Assembly (NCBI GenBank): GCA_017499595.2
Contig: CM039001.1
Span: 1,426,001 to 1,490,000 of the forward strand
Source of the DNA: Psilocybe cubensis
Lineage: Eukaryota
Direction of reading: 5' to 3'
Length of the DNA stretch: 64,000 nt
Shown here: in pieces, positions 24,790 through 36,806 of the stretch
Layout: each line of letters opens with the position of its first letter
Numbering within the stretch: position 1 is the stretch's first letter
Translations under genes and position numbers: made by a program
Notes under the pieces: generated by a model
Database searches by the model: none
Told to the model about the DNA's origin: nothing
The model's input: only the letters and a program-made list of their open reading frames with translations

Positions 24790-25870
24790 ATGTCCACTGC
24801 CATTCCAGAGCACAAGCTCCTCGAATCTCCAAATTCTAGGTCAATCGCTGTCTATGACTGGCTTATTACTGCTTCTACAAACCCAATATCCAACGCGCCA
24901 GAGTGCGATGCTTTGCAGGCATCCCTCGGGATCCCCATCCCTGAAATGACTTTTGGCAACAACTATCTGACTCTTGAACACAAGCCATCTGGCTTCATTT
25001 ACTCTTTTACCACCCCAAAAGCACTAGAAGCCGTCAAGAAGGGCCAGTTAGGAGAAGGAGATGGTGGTGTCAAAGTCGGCTACGCCGATAAGTGGATGCA
25101 GAGCAGGCACGGATTCTTTCACCACGAAATGGGATCGACGTGATTCAGTAGCTCACTGCCTCGTCGTCCAGAACGGATCCTAACTCGTCATTGCCTATGC
25201 CTCCTACCGTCGCTACCAAGTCCTATGATTGGACCTATACAACCATGTACACGGGTCATCAGGAATCTGGGCAGGCTGAGCCCGTTGCTTGGAGCGCAGC
25301 TGATCCAGAGGACCCCTCGAATGCGATCCCAATGGCCGAACTATCGCGCCCTGATCCAATTCTTTTTTACGCTGAGATACCTCTCTTTGAGGATGAGCTG
25401 CATGACAATGGTTCATCCTCGGTCCTAGTACGAATTGTAAGGGAACAGCTTCATTCTTGCTGGATTCTCCACTAACACCCCTCAGCGCGTGATGCCAACC
25501 TGCTTTTTCATTCTGTCTCGTTTCACACTACGCGTCGATAATGTTTTGTTCAGAACCTATGATACTCGGATTTATCACTCATTCGCATCATCCACTCCAT
25601 TGATCGTAAGGGAGAAAGCTGGATGGGAAGCACCTTACGAACGAGTTCAGCGGGTATGCTTCATCAATCTATCCCACAACATCCATCTTACAGCATCCAT
25701 AGTATTTGCCAAAGCGTGAAGACATGACTCCTCTCACTGACCCTACCTTCATCGCCAAGATTCTGACCGAGTTACCCAAGCAAGTGTCCCAGAGGGAAGG
25801 TGCAAAAACGGGCTGGCGAGGGATGGGTTCTCGAGTAGAAATCGCTAGGCTTCCAGTGAGCTCTGCGTAA
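24790..25870 (+). CDS. TIP41: TIP41 / TIPRL PP2A-family phosphatase regulator
   Basis: GIPIPEMTFGNN, YDWTYTTMY, DPILFYAEIPLFEDELHDNG, RVMPTCFFILSRFTLRVDNVLFRTYDTRIY. Confidence 0.96.
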
Positions 25871-26010
25871 ATATATCACCGATGTCGGATTCTGCATGTA
25901 TAATGATAATAATAAAACAACAATGAGATCTAACTGTACAGGTCATGAAAGCGTAAATGAATAGCATCGAATGATAAGGAATGCGGTTTTGTAGAAGTCT
26001 AAAACAGTCT

Positions 26011-27333
26011 TCACATCAGTTTCGCCTCTCGCTTCGCTTGTTGGACTTGAGCAAGACGCTGACTTCGCAAAGTCAAATGGGGTCCTTGAGCACCCTTCTT
26101 TCCCGAGGCAGCTGGAAGTGAAGGAACAGCTGACGATTGCGCCAATGAAATACGCGTCTCGTCAAAGCCAGGAATACGGATGTTGTGGTTGCGTTCTGAA
26201 AGAGAATGATTTGTTCCAGTGAATGAATATGATTAGTGAGAGAAACAACTTACCAAGATGAAGCTGCAAATCTCGAACTTCCAGTGTATCTGAACCGCGA
26301 TGTTTTGCTAGTCGACATGCAAAGTTGGTCACCGAGTCGATGAACTCGTCTGCGATTGAGAGAAGTAGCTATGGGTTTCATATGTAAATACGACACGAAT
26401 TTATAGTCTATTGTCAAAATCTTACATCTTCCACTTCTGGGTCAATCTTCACGTTGGGGTCGACGCTAGAAACCAGATCTTGAATCGTTCTTCGCATACT
26501 CTGATCTCCTGGGGTGCTCTTCCGCCGCGTCCGGCTATCGTCTGTTGTTAGAATGGACGGATCGTCTGCAGGTCGCGCGACCTGGGCAGGGGTTCCTGTT
26601 TATCAACTTGAGGTCAGTTGTCCTCAACATGAAAGGGAAAGCATGAAAGCAATCTTACCTGACATACGGCCAGCAGCTATACCACCGGTGAGTGTCGGTC
26701 GCGTCTGCGCCCAAGGAACAGGACCAGGATTCGTTGTATTCAGTGTAGTGCTTATTGTTGGATAGAAGTCTGCAGGGGATGCAGCAAGGCTAGGAAGACT
26801 GTCCGATGTACCAGCTTTAATCGCAGATTGCATGCCAGATGATTGGATAGGCATTGGGGTGGCCGGCTAAAAAGTGTTGGATTATTTAGCTAGAAACGTG
26901 ACAAAGGGAGGTTGGGAACACGCACTTTGCTTGTATTTTCTGTTGCAGTATTAGCACCGGTAGGTACATGTCCTCCAGGCGTGGCAGCACTCGTCGGCGT
27001 GGCCGCGGTGGCATTTGCATTAGCAGGTTGTGCTTTGTGCTGATCCGCAAATTCCTTAAGCTACAACAAGAAAATGTCAGAACAAGGAACCAGAAATAGG
27101 AAGACATAAAGGGAGCTCTGCACCTGAATGATCTGTCGCTGGGTCAGCTTGCCCTGTTGCACGAGCTGAGCCATGTTCTGGAGAAGAAGGGTCGATATCC
27201 TTTCATTTGTAATAGGCTCTCCGGTTTGTGTTTTGATGATGTTTCCCAGCGCTTTTATCACCTCTACGCTCTGCTGGTCTGGCTGTACCGTTCCCGAGCT
27301 TGGCCCGGCTGTTGGATTGGGATTTGCACTCAT
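26011..27333 (-). CDS. TAF12: TFIID/SAGA subunit TAF12
   Basis: Histone fold [72 protein letters not shown]; upstream RPTLTGG motif. Confidence 0.95.
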
Positions 27334-27471
27334 TGGAGGTTGATATGGATGCAAGTTGCGCCAAAGTTTGAAGACAGCCATTACGGTCCTTGCTTGCCAA
27401 GCACATCAAAACCAAACAACCGCGACCATTTCTTTTTTTGAAGCACTAGATTATTGCTTTAGTCCTGTACA

Positions 27472-28636
27472 ATGGACGTCTCAAATATCCTTGCCTCTCA
27501 TGCTTCAAAATTGTGCGTCTCATCATGTACAACTCTGATTTGATACTGAATACTCAAGTATAGCAAATCCGTCACCGTTGAAAAGGAGACGCCTCTAGAA
27601 ATCGACACCGGTCTTCTACTGGTTTCAGATCCAAATCCAATAGAACAGGACTCCTACAAGTACGCGCTCTCATTCCCCCACAGATGTACTCTCTCATTTT
27701 TTGGTCAGAGAAAATCTAGAGGAGCATCTCCAATCATTAGCTCGTGACGGTGCCCAGGCACTCATCTCTGCCCTCTTCTCCCTGCCGACAAAACAGTCTC
27801 CCGACGGCCCGCTTGCTGTCCTCCCACCGCCTGTATTCCAGCTTCCTCGAGCCAAACCTTTGCCAAAACCAAAACCACAGACCAAATGGGAAAAATTTGC
27901 CGCTGCCAAAGGCATTCAACACAAGGTTAGGGACAAGAAAGTCTGGGACGAGGAGAAACAAGAGTGGGTCAACAGATGGGGTCGCAATGGAAAGAACAGA
28001 GAGGTCGAGGAGCAGTGGATCCATGAAGTTCCTCTTAATGCTGGTGGGCTCTGCTTTGTTTTGATTCTCCTTCTAAACACCTGACTGTAATTTGGAACCT
28101 AGACGTCGATTATGATCCTCGTAAGGCTGCTCGGGATGAACGCAAACAAAGGATCGCAAAGAATGAGAAAAAACATCAACAAAATCTCGCTCGTGCCGGC
28201 GCCGTTTCGCGTGACGAACGTAAGGCAGAGATTGAGAAAACACTGGCAACCACTCGCATAAGCACCGCAAGCATGGGCAAATTCGATAAGCGACTAGAAG
28301 GGGAGAAAAAGATTCGCGGTGTCAAGAGAAAGGTAAGAAAAAATAATTTCCCTCTCTTTTCTGTCCCAGGTTTTTAAACATACAAATTCTCAGTTCGACC
28401 CTAATGAGGGATCAGTTGAAGCCGAGAAAAACGCGTCTCTGAATCTGCTGTCGAAGATGGAGAGCGACAAAAGAAAGATGAGAAAAGAACCCCAGGCAGA
28501 TGAAGGCGTCCTAAACGTCCGCAAAGCCGTGAAAATCGCCAGTAAAGGTCGTGGAGGGATCGCCCTCGGGCGCGAGATGTCAGGTGGGAAAAGTAGAGGA
28601 AGAGGAGGGAAAGGAGGTCGTGGTGGGCGCAGATAG
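27472..28636 (+). CDS. RRS1: Ribosome biogenesis regulator Rrs1
   Basis: ARDGAQALI, LPRAKPLPKPKPQTKWEKFAAAKGI, VWDEEKQEWVNRWG, STASMGKFDKRLEGEK. Confidence 0.96.
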
Positions 28637-28907
28637 ATTGTCTTACCATATCTATGTATTGCTTTTACTCTTGCTTTCGTGGATTATTCCAAAAGCGACA
28701 ATGGTTCGCATTAACAATGATATATATTCGTCAGGTTGTGTGTCCCAAAACTATGTTTAATTGAGTGTTTCTACATGTGTGGATTGAAAAAAGGGAAGTC
28801 AAAGGATGTCAAGAATCTTCCGCATACAAAAGAAAAATGGATGGATGGATGATATGTGTTACAATAGTGATAGTGACCTTAAATGAATGAAAAAATGGTG
28901 AAGTTCA

Positions 28908-30038
28908 TTACTTCGTTGCATCAAAAGGAAGACGATCGAGCCTGGCTTTGCCCTCATCAATCCACGCCTTCTTCACCAGCTTCTCCTTATCCGCGTAGTA
29001 AAGTCGATATACCAATTTGATTGTCGACTCACTGACCCCTGCAACAGTGCTTATATCCCTGACGGACTTGTTAATGCCCAGCAAGTTGCACGTGAAATAG
29101 ATGGCCCCTCCAGCGATTGACACTGGACTCCGACCATCTGCAATGCCATGCTGCCTTGCAGCGATAATAATATCGCTACAGATGGCCTGCACATTAGGGG
29201 GCAAGTCAAGGTGATTACAGTAACGGACTAGAAGGTTTTCAGGTCCTGCTCCAGGAGATGAAGCCGAATGTGCGCTCGTGGCACCAGGGGACAAATTGAA
29301 GGCCTGTTCGAGGGCTTTGTAACATTGGCCCAGCAACTTCTTTGGGACATGCGTGAGATTGCATATCTCGCGGAACGTACGAGGTACATGGGCCTGACGG
29401 CACGCAATGAAGATGCACGCAGCGATGACGGACTCCATGGGTTTCCCACGAAGCAGTTTTTCTTCATCTGCACGTTTGTAGAGCTGCTTGGCGATATCGC
29501 TGATGGTTTTGGGCAGGGAGAATTGGTCGCACCAACTGGAAATATCGCGGAATGCACCGAGGATGTTTCTCTCAGAGCGAGCGTTTACCGACCGCGACGA
29601 AGCGCGCTGGAGTTCGCGTGCTATACCGGACCCACCGTCACGGAAACTGATGACGGTGTCCAATTGCTCGATTCCTTCCATCAACGGATCCGAGGCGGCA
29701 CCAACACGAGAAGGATCATCACCTTCATCGTTGGCGAATGTCTGTAACGCACGTCAGTAAATGCAGTCAAAGTAAAACACTGCAAACCACCAGGAAAGAA
29801 CATGAGAGAAAAGATAACTGACCCGCCATTCGCTTCTCGTATCAACAATGCGATCACCTAAAACTAGCCCGCAATTGCCACAGACAAGATCTCCACTACC
29901 AAACTCTTCAACGATATTGGGATTCGGGTCTCTGCATTCTGGACAGATGAGCCGAACCGCCAGGTCGGGTCCAAAGACGGGTTGGGCAGGGGCTTTTTGC
30001 TGGGGTGCAGCAAGGGGAAACGGTTTAGCGTAGGCCAT
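28908..30038 (-). CDS. SUA7: General transcription factor TFIIB
   Basis: Zinc ribbon CPEC...GDLVCGNCGLVLGDRIVDTRSEWR|TFAND, B-reader DPSRVG, two cyclin-fold repeats (ACIFIACRQ...PRTFREI; GRSPVSIAGGAIY). Confidence 0.98.
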
Positions 30039-30536
30039 GGTGTTGACGAGGGGGAGTCAGATAGTGTGGATAGGTGTTTCAAAGATGAATCAAACACTCT
30101 GTGGGTCGTAACGACTGGATGAGGGACTATGAAAGGACCGTGTAGTGGAATTCCATTAGTAAAGGTTGACTGCTAGAACATACCAGTATACGGCCAGCAA
30201 TTGCAGCGCTTCGAGCAACTAGATTGAAGCAAAAGCCGCTGGTAGCACCAACGACGTCGGGGACGATGGTGGGCAAAGACAAAAGCCAAAGTGGCCTTTG
30301 CAACCGCAATGACTGGGTGAAATGGCACAGCATGACAAAGCAAGTCAACCAAGCGTGCCATTGCAGCACAGCCACTGCAGAACGTATCACATGCCACCTG
30401 ATTAATTTAATTTCCTACGCGTCGCGTTTCCGTCGCGTCCATAACTTTCACATTCGACTGCAAGGTTTAATTACGAACAAAGAACAGGGAGAATATGTAC
30501 ACATTTTCAAATAGTACGCAGCCGTCTAATTTATAT

Positions 30537-31709
30537 TTACTCTGAATCTGAGGCATCGTTGTATAAGCCATCGTCATCATCTTCATAATAATCCGAATAG
30601 TATGAACTGTAACCTCCATCCGAGTACGCGCCCCCATCACTATACGGTCCTTCGTCAGAGGAGTAATATACACCTTCGTCACTTGCAACACCATCACTTG
30701 CATACCCGTGTTCACCATCATCAAGATATTCATGGTATCCATCCTCGAGCGAGTGGTCGTGGCTGTATGGCTCAATATACCCCCTTGATCGCCCGTAGCC
30801 ATACCCCGAGCGCCCTGAATCCTCAGAATGATATCCCAGCGATGAGTTGTGCGATAAATTCTCCGAGCCTCTTGTTGTCTCCATAGACCATTCAGGGGTA
30901 AGTGCGTTTGGAGATGAGGGCGGTATCGAATCATGGTCTGCGCCAAGGTCATGAGTTTGACTCCCTCCATAATCGATAAGTAGTCTGTGTCCATCATTAG
31001 ATCTCGGAGAGTCTTGTTGGTTCACTAAAGGATTTGGCGGCTCCTCTGGAAACCCTGCTGGATTATCATTCAAAACATAATGACGAGTATAAGTCGAATT
31101 GTGTGGCGTAATGGGCGGTGCGTACACATCTCTGGGCCGGCTTCGTGATTGTGAGTGCGAGTGCGAGTGCGATCTTGGTACCGACGGTCTATGAAACGAG
31201 GCGGCGGGCCTCTCCCTATGATGATGATGGTAATGTCTATCCGGCCTTCCAGAATACCCAGTGTAGCCACCATGTTCAGTGGTTCGGTATTCGTACCGTT
31301 CTTCCTGACGGCCTGGCCAGCGTGCTATCTCAGAGCCCGAGGACGACTGACTAGCGTCTGACGCGTTGCTGCGATTTATGCGGATGTCGGCAGGAGGGCG
31401 AGGTTGAAAGTATTCGCTTCCTGAAGGCGGATTTGTGTAGCCTCCTCTAGAAGATGGAAGATAGGGGGCCCATGGATTACTAGGCGCCCTCCGATTATAG
31501 ATGTAGTTTTGTTGAATATCCCTTTCAAGTTGGTCCATCGCATGAAGCGCCGACTCCATGGCTCGCCTATCATCACCCCATGGTTGCCCTTCTTTGAATC
31601 CATATGAGTATAAGTCTCGCCTGGACAAGCGACTAAAACACATCCATCGATCTTAGGATACCACAAGACATGACTTTGCCACGTACCTGGAAGGATGGTT
31701 AATATTCAT
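30537..31709 (-). CDS. Low-complexity, intrinsically disordered hypothetical protein (Gly/Tyr/Ser/His-rich, acidic tail)
   Basis: 368-codon ORF. Probable first exon MNINHPSR (ATG 31709), joined by a GTACGT...CAG intron (31686-31621) to RDLYSYG. Confidence 0.65.
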
Positions 31710-32393
31710 GGGTAGTGATAGCTGTAGTAGGTCTATCGATACCGTGTGCGGGAAACAAGGCGTTGAAAAGCGGAGCTTTAGTGTCCTTTTAGATGCTCAT
31801 AGGCACAAAGGCAACAATACAAACGCTGCGGGTTAACTGCGAGGGCACGCGGATTCCATGAGGGCTTGAATCGATCGTACTACACATCTTGAAATGGATC
31901 ACAATGACTCGGGAACAACTAGATCAAGTTGATGCAGTCCAAAACAGGTATCAGTCAAAATACAGTCTCTCAGAACACGAGGCAATGTCATTAGAAGTAG
32001 ATTGGCGGAAAAAGTAAACCTGACATACGGAAACAACAAAGGTGTATAAAAATGTGTGCAAACCAAAAAAAGAGCCTACATGAATGAGTAAAGGAAAAGT
32101 GACATGGGGAAACTACTTCAATACCAAAGAAAAGAGTACTGGGATGATGTTTTATATGGATGTATAGTGCAAATGAGGACAGGAATCAATGTATGTATGT
32201 AATGCGGCGGAGAAAAGTGATGTAGGAAAACAGGGTCAACAAACAGAGCACACAGAAGAAGGAAAGAAAACATGGGAAAACGGCAAGTCATAAGCATAAG
32301 CAGTATATAGGAATGTACTAAGTAAGATGGGAGAATCATGAGAGGCATGAGCAGAGTCAGAGAGCGAGGCGCAAATAAAAAGAAAACAAGATC

Positions 32394-34862
32394 TTAATAA
32401 TAAACAGTGCCCTGAGGAGGTTGGTCCATGTTGTACATGTCATATTGCCCAGCATGTGACATATCCACGTATTGAGGATAACCATATGGTTCGGGGTAGT
32501 AATACGCCTGCTGGTATGCAGGATAGTGAACCATTCCAGGCATGCCTGCCCGATTACTACCTTCCACCGAAGCCTGTCCATCCGCATTTTCGTACGAAGA
32601 TCCTGCGGCTTCAGGTGAATTAGGTTGTTGATAGTATGCTTGCTCTGAGGTAGGTGCTGAACGAGTGGGCTGGAAAGAAGGCGCGGCAGTTCTCAGCCCA
32701 GAAGGAGTGCGTGGTGTCGATTTGGGCTTTCCAGACTCTTCATTGGGTGCACGGATTTCAATCCGTGAAGTTTGGCGAGGGAAGGAAAAGATAGGTGTTC
32801 CGGTTGCGGGATCAATAAATCCATTCATCGGAGGAGTATGAGAGGGCATTAAGTCTGGAGGAGGTGCAGATGGATGGTGCATATGACTAGGTACGAAAGG
32901 CATGCCAGGATTAAAATGAGGGGGCATGATAGGTCGGGGATTGTACATGGTAGGGGGTTGAAGGTATACAGGATGACCGGTGGCAACCTCGTAGGGCATG
33001 CCATGCTGGTTGAAAGCGACACCAGGGGGTAGTTGGGGATGATAACCATATGGAGAACCAAAGGCGGGGGAAGGTTGCGATACCAGTTGAGATGCAGGTG
33101 GAGGTGGCGGAGACGTGAAGCCAGTCTGTAAGGGAGCCAAAGCAGGTCGATCATCGGTTGGAGGTACGTCAACACCTGCAATCACTTCGGTCGTTGGATG
33201 ACGAAGTACTGCCTCTTCCATTTTTGCCTTTCTTTCTGGGTCCAAAGCCCGAGGTTCTAGTGAAAGTTGTTCAAGTTGCGAACGGATGTTTGGATCTGGC
33301 AAAACTTGAACCTGAACTTCGGACGACGAGTTGTGGACGGTGGTTTCAATTGTGACAGTCGGTGGTTGCGTTGGCTCAGGTAGAGAAATAGGCTCGACAG
33401 TTACTAGCATGGGTCTTACTGTGAATACCTCATCGATCGGTGTCTCGTCTCGTTTTTCTTCTACTGCCACTTGTCGTTCTTTCCCTAAACGCTTAGGAAG
33501 GCGAACAATGAATTGCTTATCGCTTGTTTCGGAGGTTTCGCTGGGAGCTTTGGAAGTCGAAGCTTTGGGAGACTCCCGAGAGACAGCTGGAGTCCTTGCA
33601 ATCCCAGATTTATGCCCAGGGATCTTGACGCGATACGAAGGTCCATGTCCGTTACGAGGTTTGAGTATGGGATCAAAAAAGAGGAAGGCTTCATGCTGTG
33701 TTGTCCATACAAGCTCCGGCTTCGACGCAAACCTAATTCGTCCTGGCTGTGAGAAGTGGAGGCCATTACGGGACATTGTGGATGAATTGAATCCTCCCCG
33801 GCCGAAGCCTCCTCGGCCACGGCCAGCAACAAATCCTCCCCTCGCCCCAACATGTCCGCCGCGTTTCGGTGAGACCTGTTCCTCCCTTGCAGCTTGTTGC
33901 TCGGCGCGTCGCTTTTCCTCCTTGCGCTTCATATCTTCGAACCCATCATGGGTCCAAGCACGCTCGATGGGGGGTAACTCTTCCGAGTTGAGAGGGGTAG
34001 CCTCAACACCGGTTCGCGATTGAGCGCCCTGGAATCCACCCCGACCACGACCTCCAAAGCCACGACCCCGTCCTCTACCCCGTCCTCTCCACCAACCACT
34101 AAGGCTGCGCAGTTCGGTATCAATTAGGCGGTCATCATGACCCCAAAAGTTGCCGATAGTTGGAACAAAGGAAGGATCGGTCTCAAGCTTGTGCTGGTAC
34201 GCTTGGCGAGCAGATTGTGAAGAAGAAATGCGATTGGGTTGAGACGGGCGAGTTTCAGGTTCTGCTGGAGCAGAGGCCGTATCGTTGGCGGTAGATGGAG
34301 CGGCCTCGTGAGTGGAATCGACGGGTGGCGCACGGGATGGAGCAGAGCGTTTGGCTTTCGATTTCTTGGGCTTCCGAGATGGAGGGTTCTGGGGAATGGC
34401 CTGGCTACTAAACTCTGAAAATTCAATAACTGGTAAGTCCGCGGGACCATTAACTTTCTCATCCGCTACCATCTCTGACCAATCACCTCCAGGCACAAAG
34501 AAGGATGGCAACTCTCCATTGACCTTGGGCATCTCCTTGTTAACAACAGCCTCGGGACTCTTGCTGTTCCTAGGAGTCGGTAGATGAGCGCGATCGTTGG
34601 GAATCGCATCCTCAGATGCAGGCTCGGTATCGGAGTCGTCTGTCGCTGATTCGTCTGAAGAAAGATTGGCGTCGTCCGAGTCTGAGTCGGTAGCTGCCTC
34701 TCGCTCGATTTCATCGTCACTATCGAGGTCACCTCTGCCCCTGCCCCTGCGCCTAACCACCCTTCTCTTCTTCGGAGGTGCGGCGGTTGTGGGGGCGCGA
34801 GGCTTGAGAGAAGTTACTTTGGAGACAGCACGAGCTGCCTGGTGTGGGACTACCGAAGGCAT
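32394..34862 (-). CDS. Btz/CASC3 (Barentsz)-domain RNA-binding protein, exon-junction-complex associated
   Basis: Intronless; first ATG at 34862 (MPSVVP). DPSFVPTIGNFWGHDDR and WTHDGFE resemble the two SELOR/Btz half-motifs, flanked by RG/RGG repeats, with a Pro/Tyr-rich C-terminus. Confidence 0.8.
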   Translation of the reverse strand: MPSVVPHQAARAVSKVTSLKPRAPTTAAPPKKRRVVRRRGRGRGDLDSDDEIEREAATDSDSDDANLSSDESATDDSDTEPASEDAIPNDRAHLPTPRNSKSPEAVVNKEMPKVNGELPSFFVPGGDWSEMVADEKVNGPADLPVIEFSEFSSQAIPQNPPSRKPKKSKAKRSAPSRAPPVDSTHEAAPSTANDTASAPAEPETRPSQPNRISSSQSARQAYQHKLETDPSFVPTIGNFWGHDDRLIDTELRSLSGWWRGRGRGRGRGFGGRGRGGFQGAQSRTGVEATPLNSEELPPIERAWTHDGFEDMKRKEEKRRAEQQAAREEQVSPKRGGHVGARGGFVAGRGRGGFGRGGFNSSTMSRNGLHFSQPGRIRFASKPELVWTTQHEAFLFFDPILKPRNGHGPSYRVKIPGHKSGIARTPAVSRESPKASTSKAPSETSETSDKQFIVRLPKRLGKERQVAVEEKRDETPIDEVFTVRPMLVTVEPISLPEPTQPPTVTIETTVHNSSSEVQVQVLPDPNIRSQLEQLSLEPRALDPERKAKMEEAVLRHPTTEVIAGVDVPPTDDRPALAPLQTGFTSPPPPPASQLVSQPSPAFGSPYGYHPQLPPGVAFNQHGMPYEVATGHPVYLQPPTMYNPRPIMPPHFNPGMPFVPSHMHHPSAPPPDLMPSHTPPMNGFIDPATGTPIFSFPRQTSRIEIRAPNEESGKPKSTPRTPSGLRTAAPSFQPTRSAPTSEQAYYQQPNSPEAAGSSYENADGQASVEGSNRAGMPGMVHYPAYQQAYYYPEPYGYPQYVDMSHAGQYDMYNMDQPPQGTVYY

Positions 34863-35228
34863 ATTGAATACTGGGAAAGAGAAAGATGAGAGACGAACGA
34901 AGGAGTATAAGAATGAATGGAGCCTACATGACTTGAATGAAAAGGCGAAATGGTATGAAGGAGTCGAAACAAAGGTATTAGAAAGACAAAGGGATCTGCG
35001 GTAAGGGGAATATACTGAATAAAAGAGAATAAGAGAACAAAGAGCGGACAGACGTGTTGTGGGTGTTGAGACGCTGGTTGTCGTCACAGTCAAGTCGCCC
35101 GGCACCGAACAAACTCAACTCCCCGTTTTTTCGTTCTCCGCTTCAATTCCATCACCTCCCACGCACCCGGCTGTACTTGTTATAATTCCACTCAGCCATG
35201 GCCGTTCGCATTCTCCGGTTGTTCTACC

Positions 35229-36588
35229 ATGAACCCCAGTCAACCAGAAAGCTTTAACCACAGGACAGAGACGCTGTCTACTGGTCGCACTTATCACTTT
35301 GTTAGTTCCTAGTCGTCCCCGTTCATGTCTTGTCACTCACTCGAGTCTCTCTAGGTCGATCAGCTCCCCGATGCATACGACCCCAAGAGAAATCCTACTC
35401 TACTATGTGTCCATGGTTTCCCTGACCTCTGGTGACTCTCTCCTTTTTGCAGTTCTCTATTTGGTTTACTTATTTTCATAGGTATGGTTGGCGCTATCAG
35501 ATCGGCCCCTGGGTGCGGCGCGGCTGTCGGGTCATTGCACCAGACATGCTGGGCTATGGAGGCACGTCAAAACCTGTAGAAGCCGAACAGTATTCGACAA
35601 AGAGACTCTGTGCGGATCTGGCTGCCTTACTAGATAGTGTCGGCGTAAGAAAGGCTGTGTGTATTCAGATCGCCCTCGTTTCCCTTCAGCGACTGACATT
35701 CTTGCAGGTCCTCATAGGGCATGACTGGGGATCACACACTGTAGGACGATTCGCGCTATGGTACCCAGACCGTTTACTCGCGCTCATTATGTCGGTGTTT
35801 GTCTGATGCACCGTATAATCATCACTCTAATCATACATTTCAGGTTAAGCATACCATACACCCCTCCCTCCCGTGAATATATGCCAGTTGAAGAGGTCGC
35901 CCGTCGTGCACCCAACCTCGGCTATCAAGTGTATTTCAACGCTCCCAACTCCAACCTTGAGATCCTTGCCCATGTCTGTTCACTCACCTGTCATCTGCGT
36001 CGCCAGGAAGCTGATGTCATGTGAATTTAGCTAAAGAAATTTCTCCCACTAACGTTCAGTCCGCCTGACTCTAAACACGACTATTTTACCGAGGGATCGC
36101 TCCAGAAGTTGCTGTTAAAGACCAGAGAAATAAAGACGGAATCTTTTTTAAGTGATCTGGTAGGCACTCAGGCTAATATCAGCATCGGCATTCGGGTATT
36201 AATCAACCGCAGGAGTTAAACTATTATTATTCTGAACTGCAAAAGGGAATGTTCGGTCCCCTCAACTACTATCGGACAGCTAAATTCAGACACGATGAGG
36301 AGCTAGGTGAGAGCCCATGAATTGTATAGCTAGAATGCATGTAACACTTCGGCAGCGGCAGGTCTTCCAGCAACGCTGCGTCCCGACTTGCCGTTCTTGT
36401 TTATGTGGGGCACAAAAGATGCTACGGCGACGCCGTTCAGCATTTCCAAATCTCGCAAATTCATTCCCAAATACCAGGACGTTGCATTTGAGGGACGGGG
36501 GCACTGGTTGATGGTAGAAGCCAAGGACGAAGTAACTCAGACTGTCATCAATTGGCTGGAAAGCTTGACATCCAAACCCAAATTATGA
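35229..36588 (+). CDS. Soluble epoxide hydrolase-like alpha/beta hydrolase
   Basis: HGFPDLWYGWRYQI, IAPDMLGYGGT, nucleophile GHDWG, LNYYR, WGTKD, catalytic His in GRGHWLMVE; ends SKPKL*. Confidence 0.93.
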
Positions 36589-36806
36589 GTGTTTGATGGT
36601 CTGTAAACTGGCTCAGAAGCTTATTATCGGACATTGTGTAAATGTGTATACTGTGTACTATAGAAGTTTCACTGGCATCACCAGAATCGAAATATTCGCG
36701 GGTTCACGTTCAGAGTTTGCGTTTGTTTGAGCTTGGCGGCATTCTCTCATTCAAGTTGTTGGACTTTGTTGGACCTAAATTAAGGCTTTTGTCCACTAAC
36801 CGTGTC

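Noticed and set aside
33331..34023. Long antisense ORFs (also 2431..2982, 21664..22044, 22773..23189, 29268..29747, 57010..57426)
   Set aside because: Shadows of real CDSs on the opposite strand, with no independent motifs.
34863..35105. 81-codon open extension upstream of the Btz ATG
   Set aside because: Non-ATG start and a pyrimidine-rich leader that is naturally poor in stops; reads as 5' UTR.
35198..35257. Out-of-frame ATG overlapping the epoxide hydrolase start
   Set aside because: Only about 12 nt after the TATA-like element at 35181, so probably upstream of the TSS.
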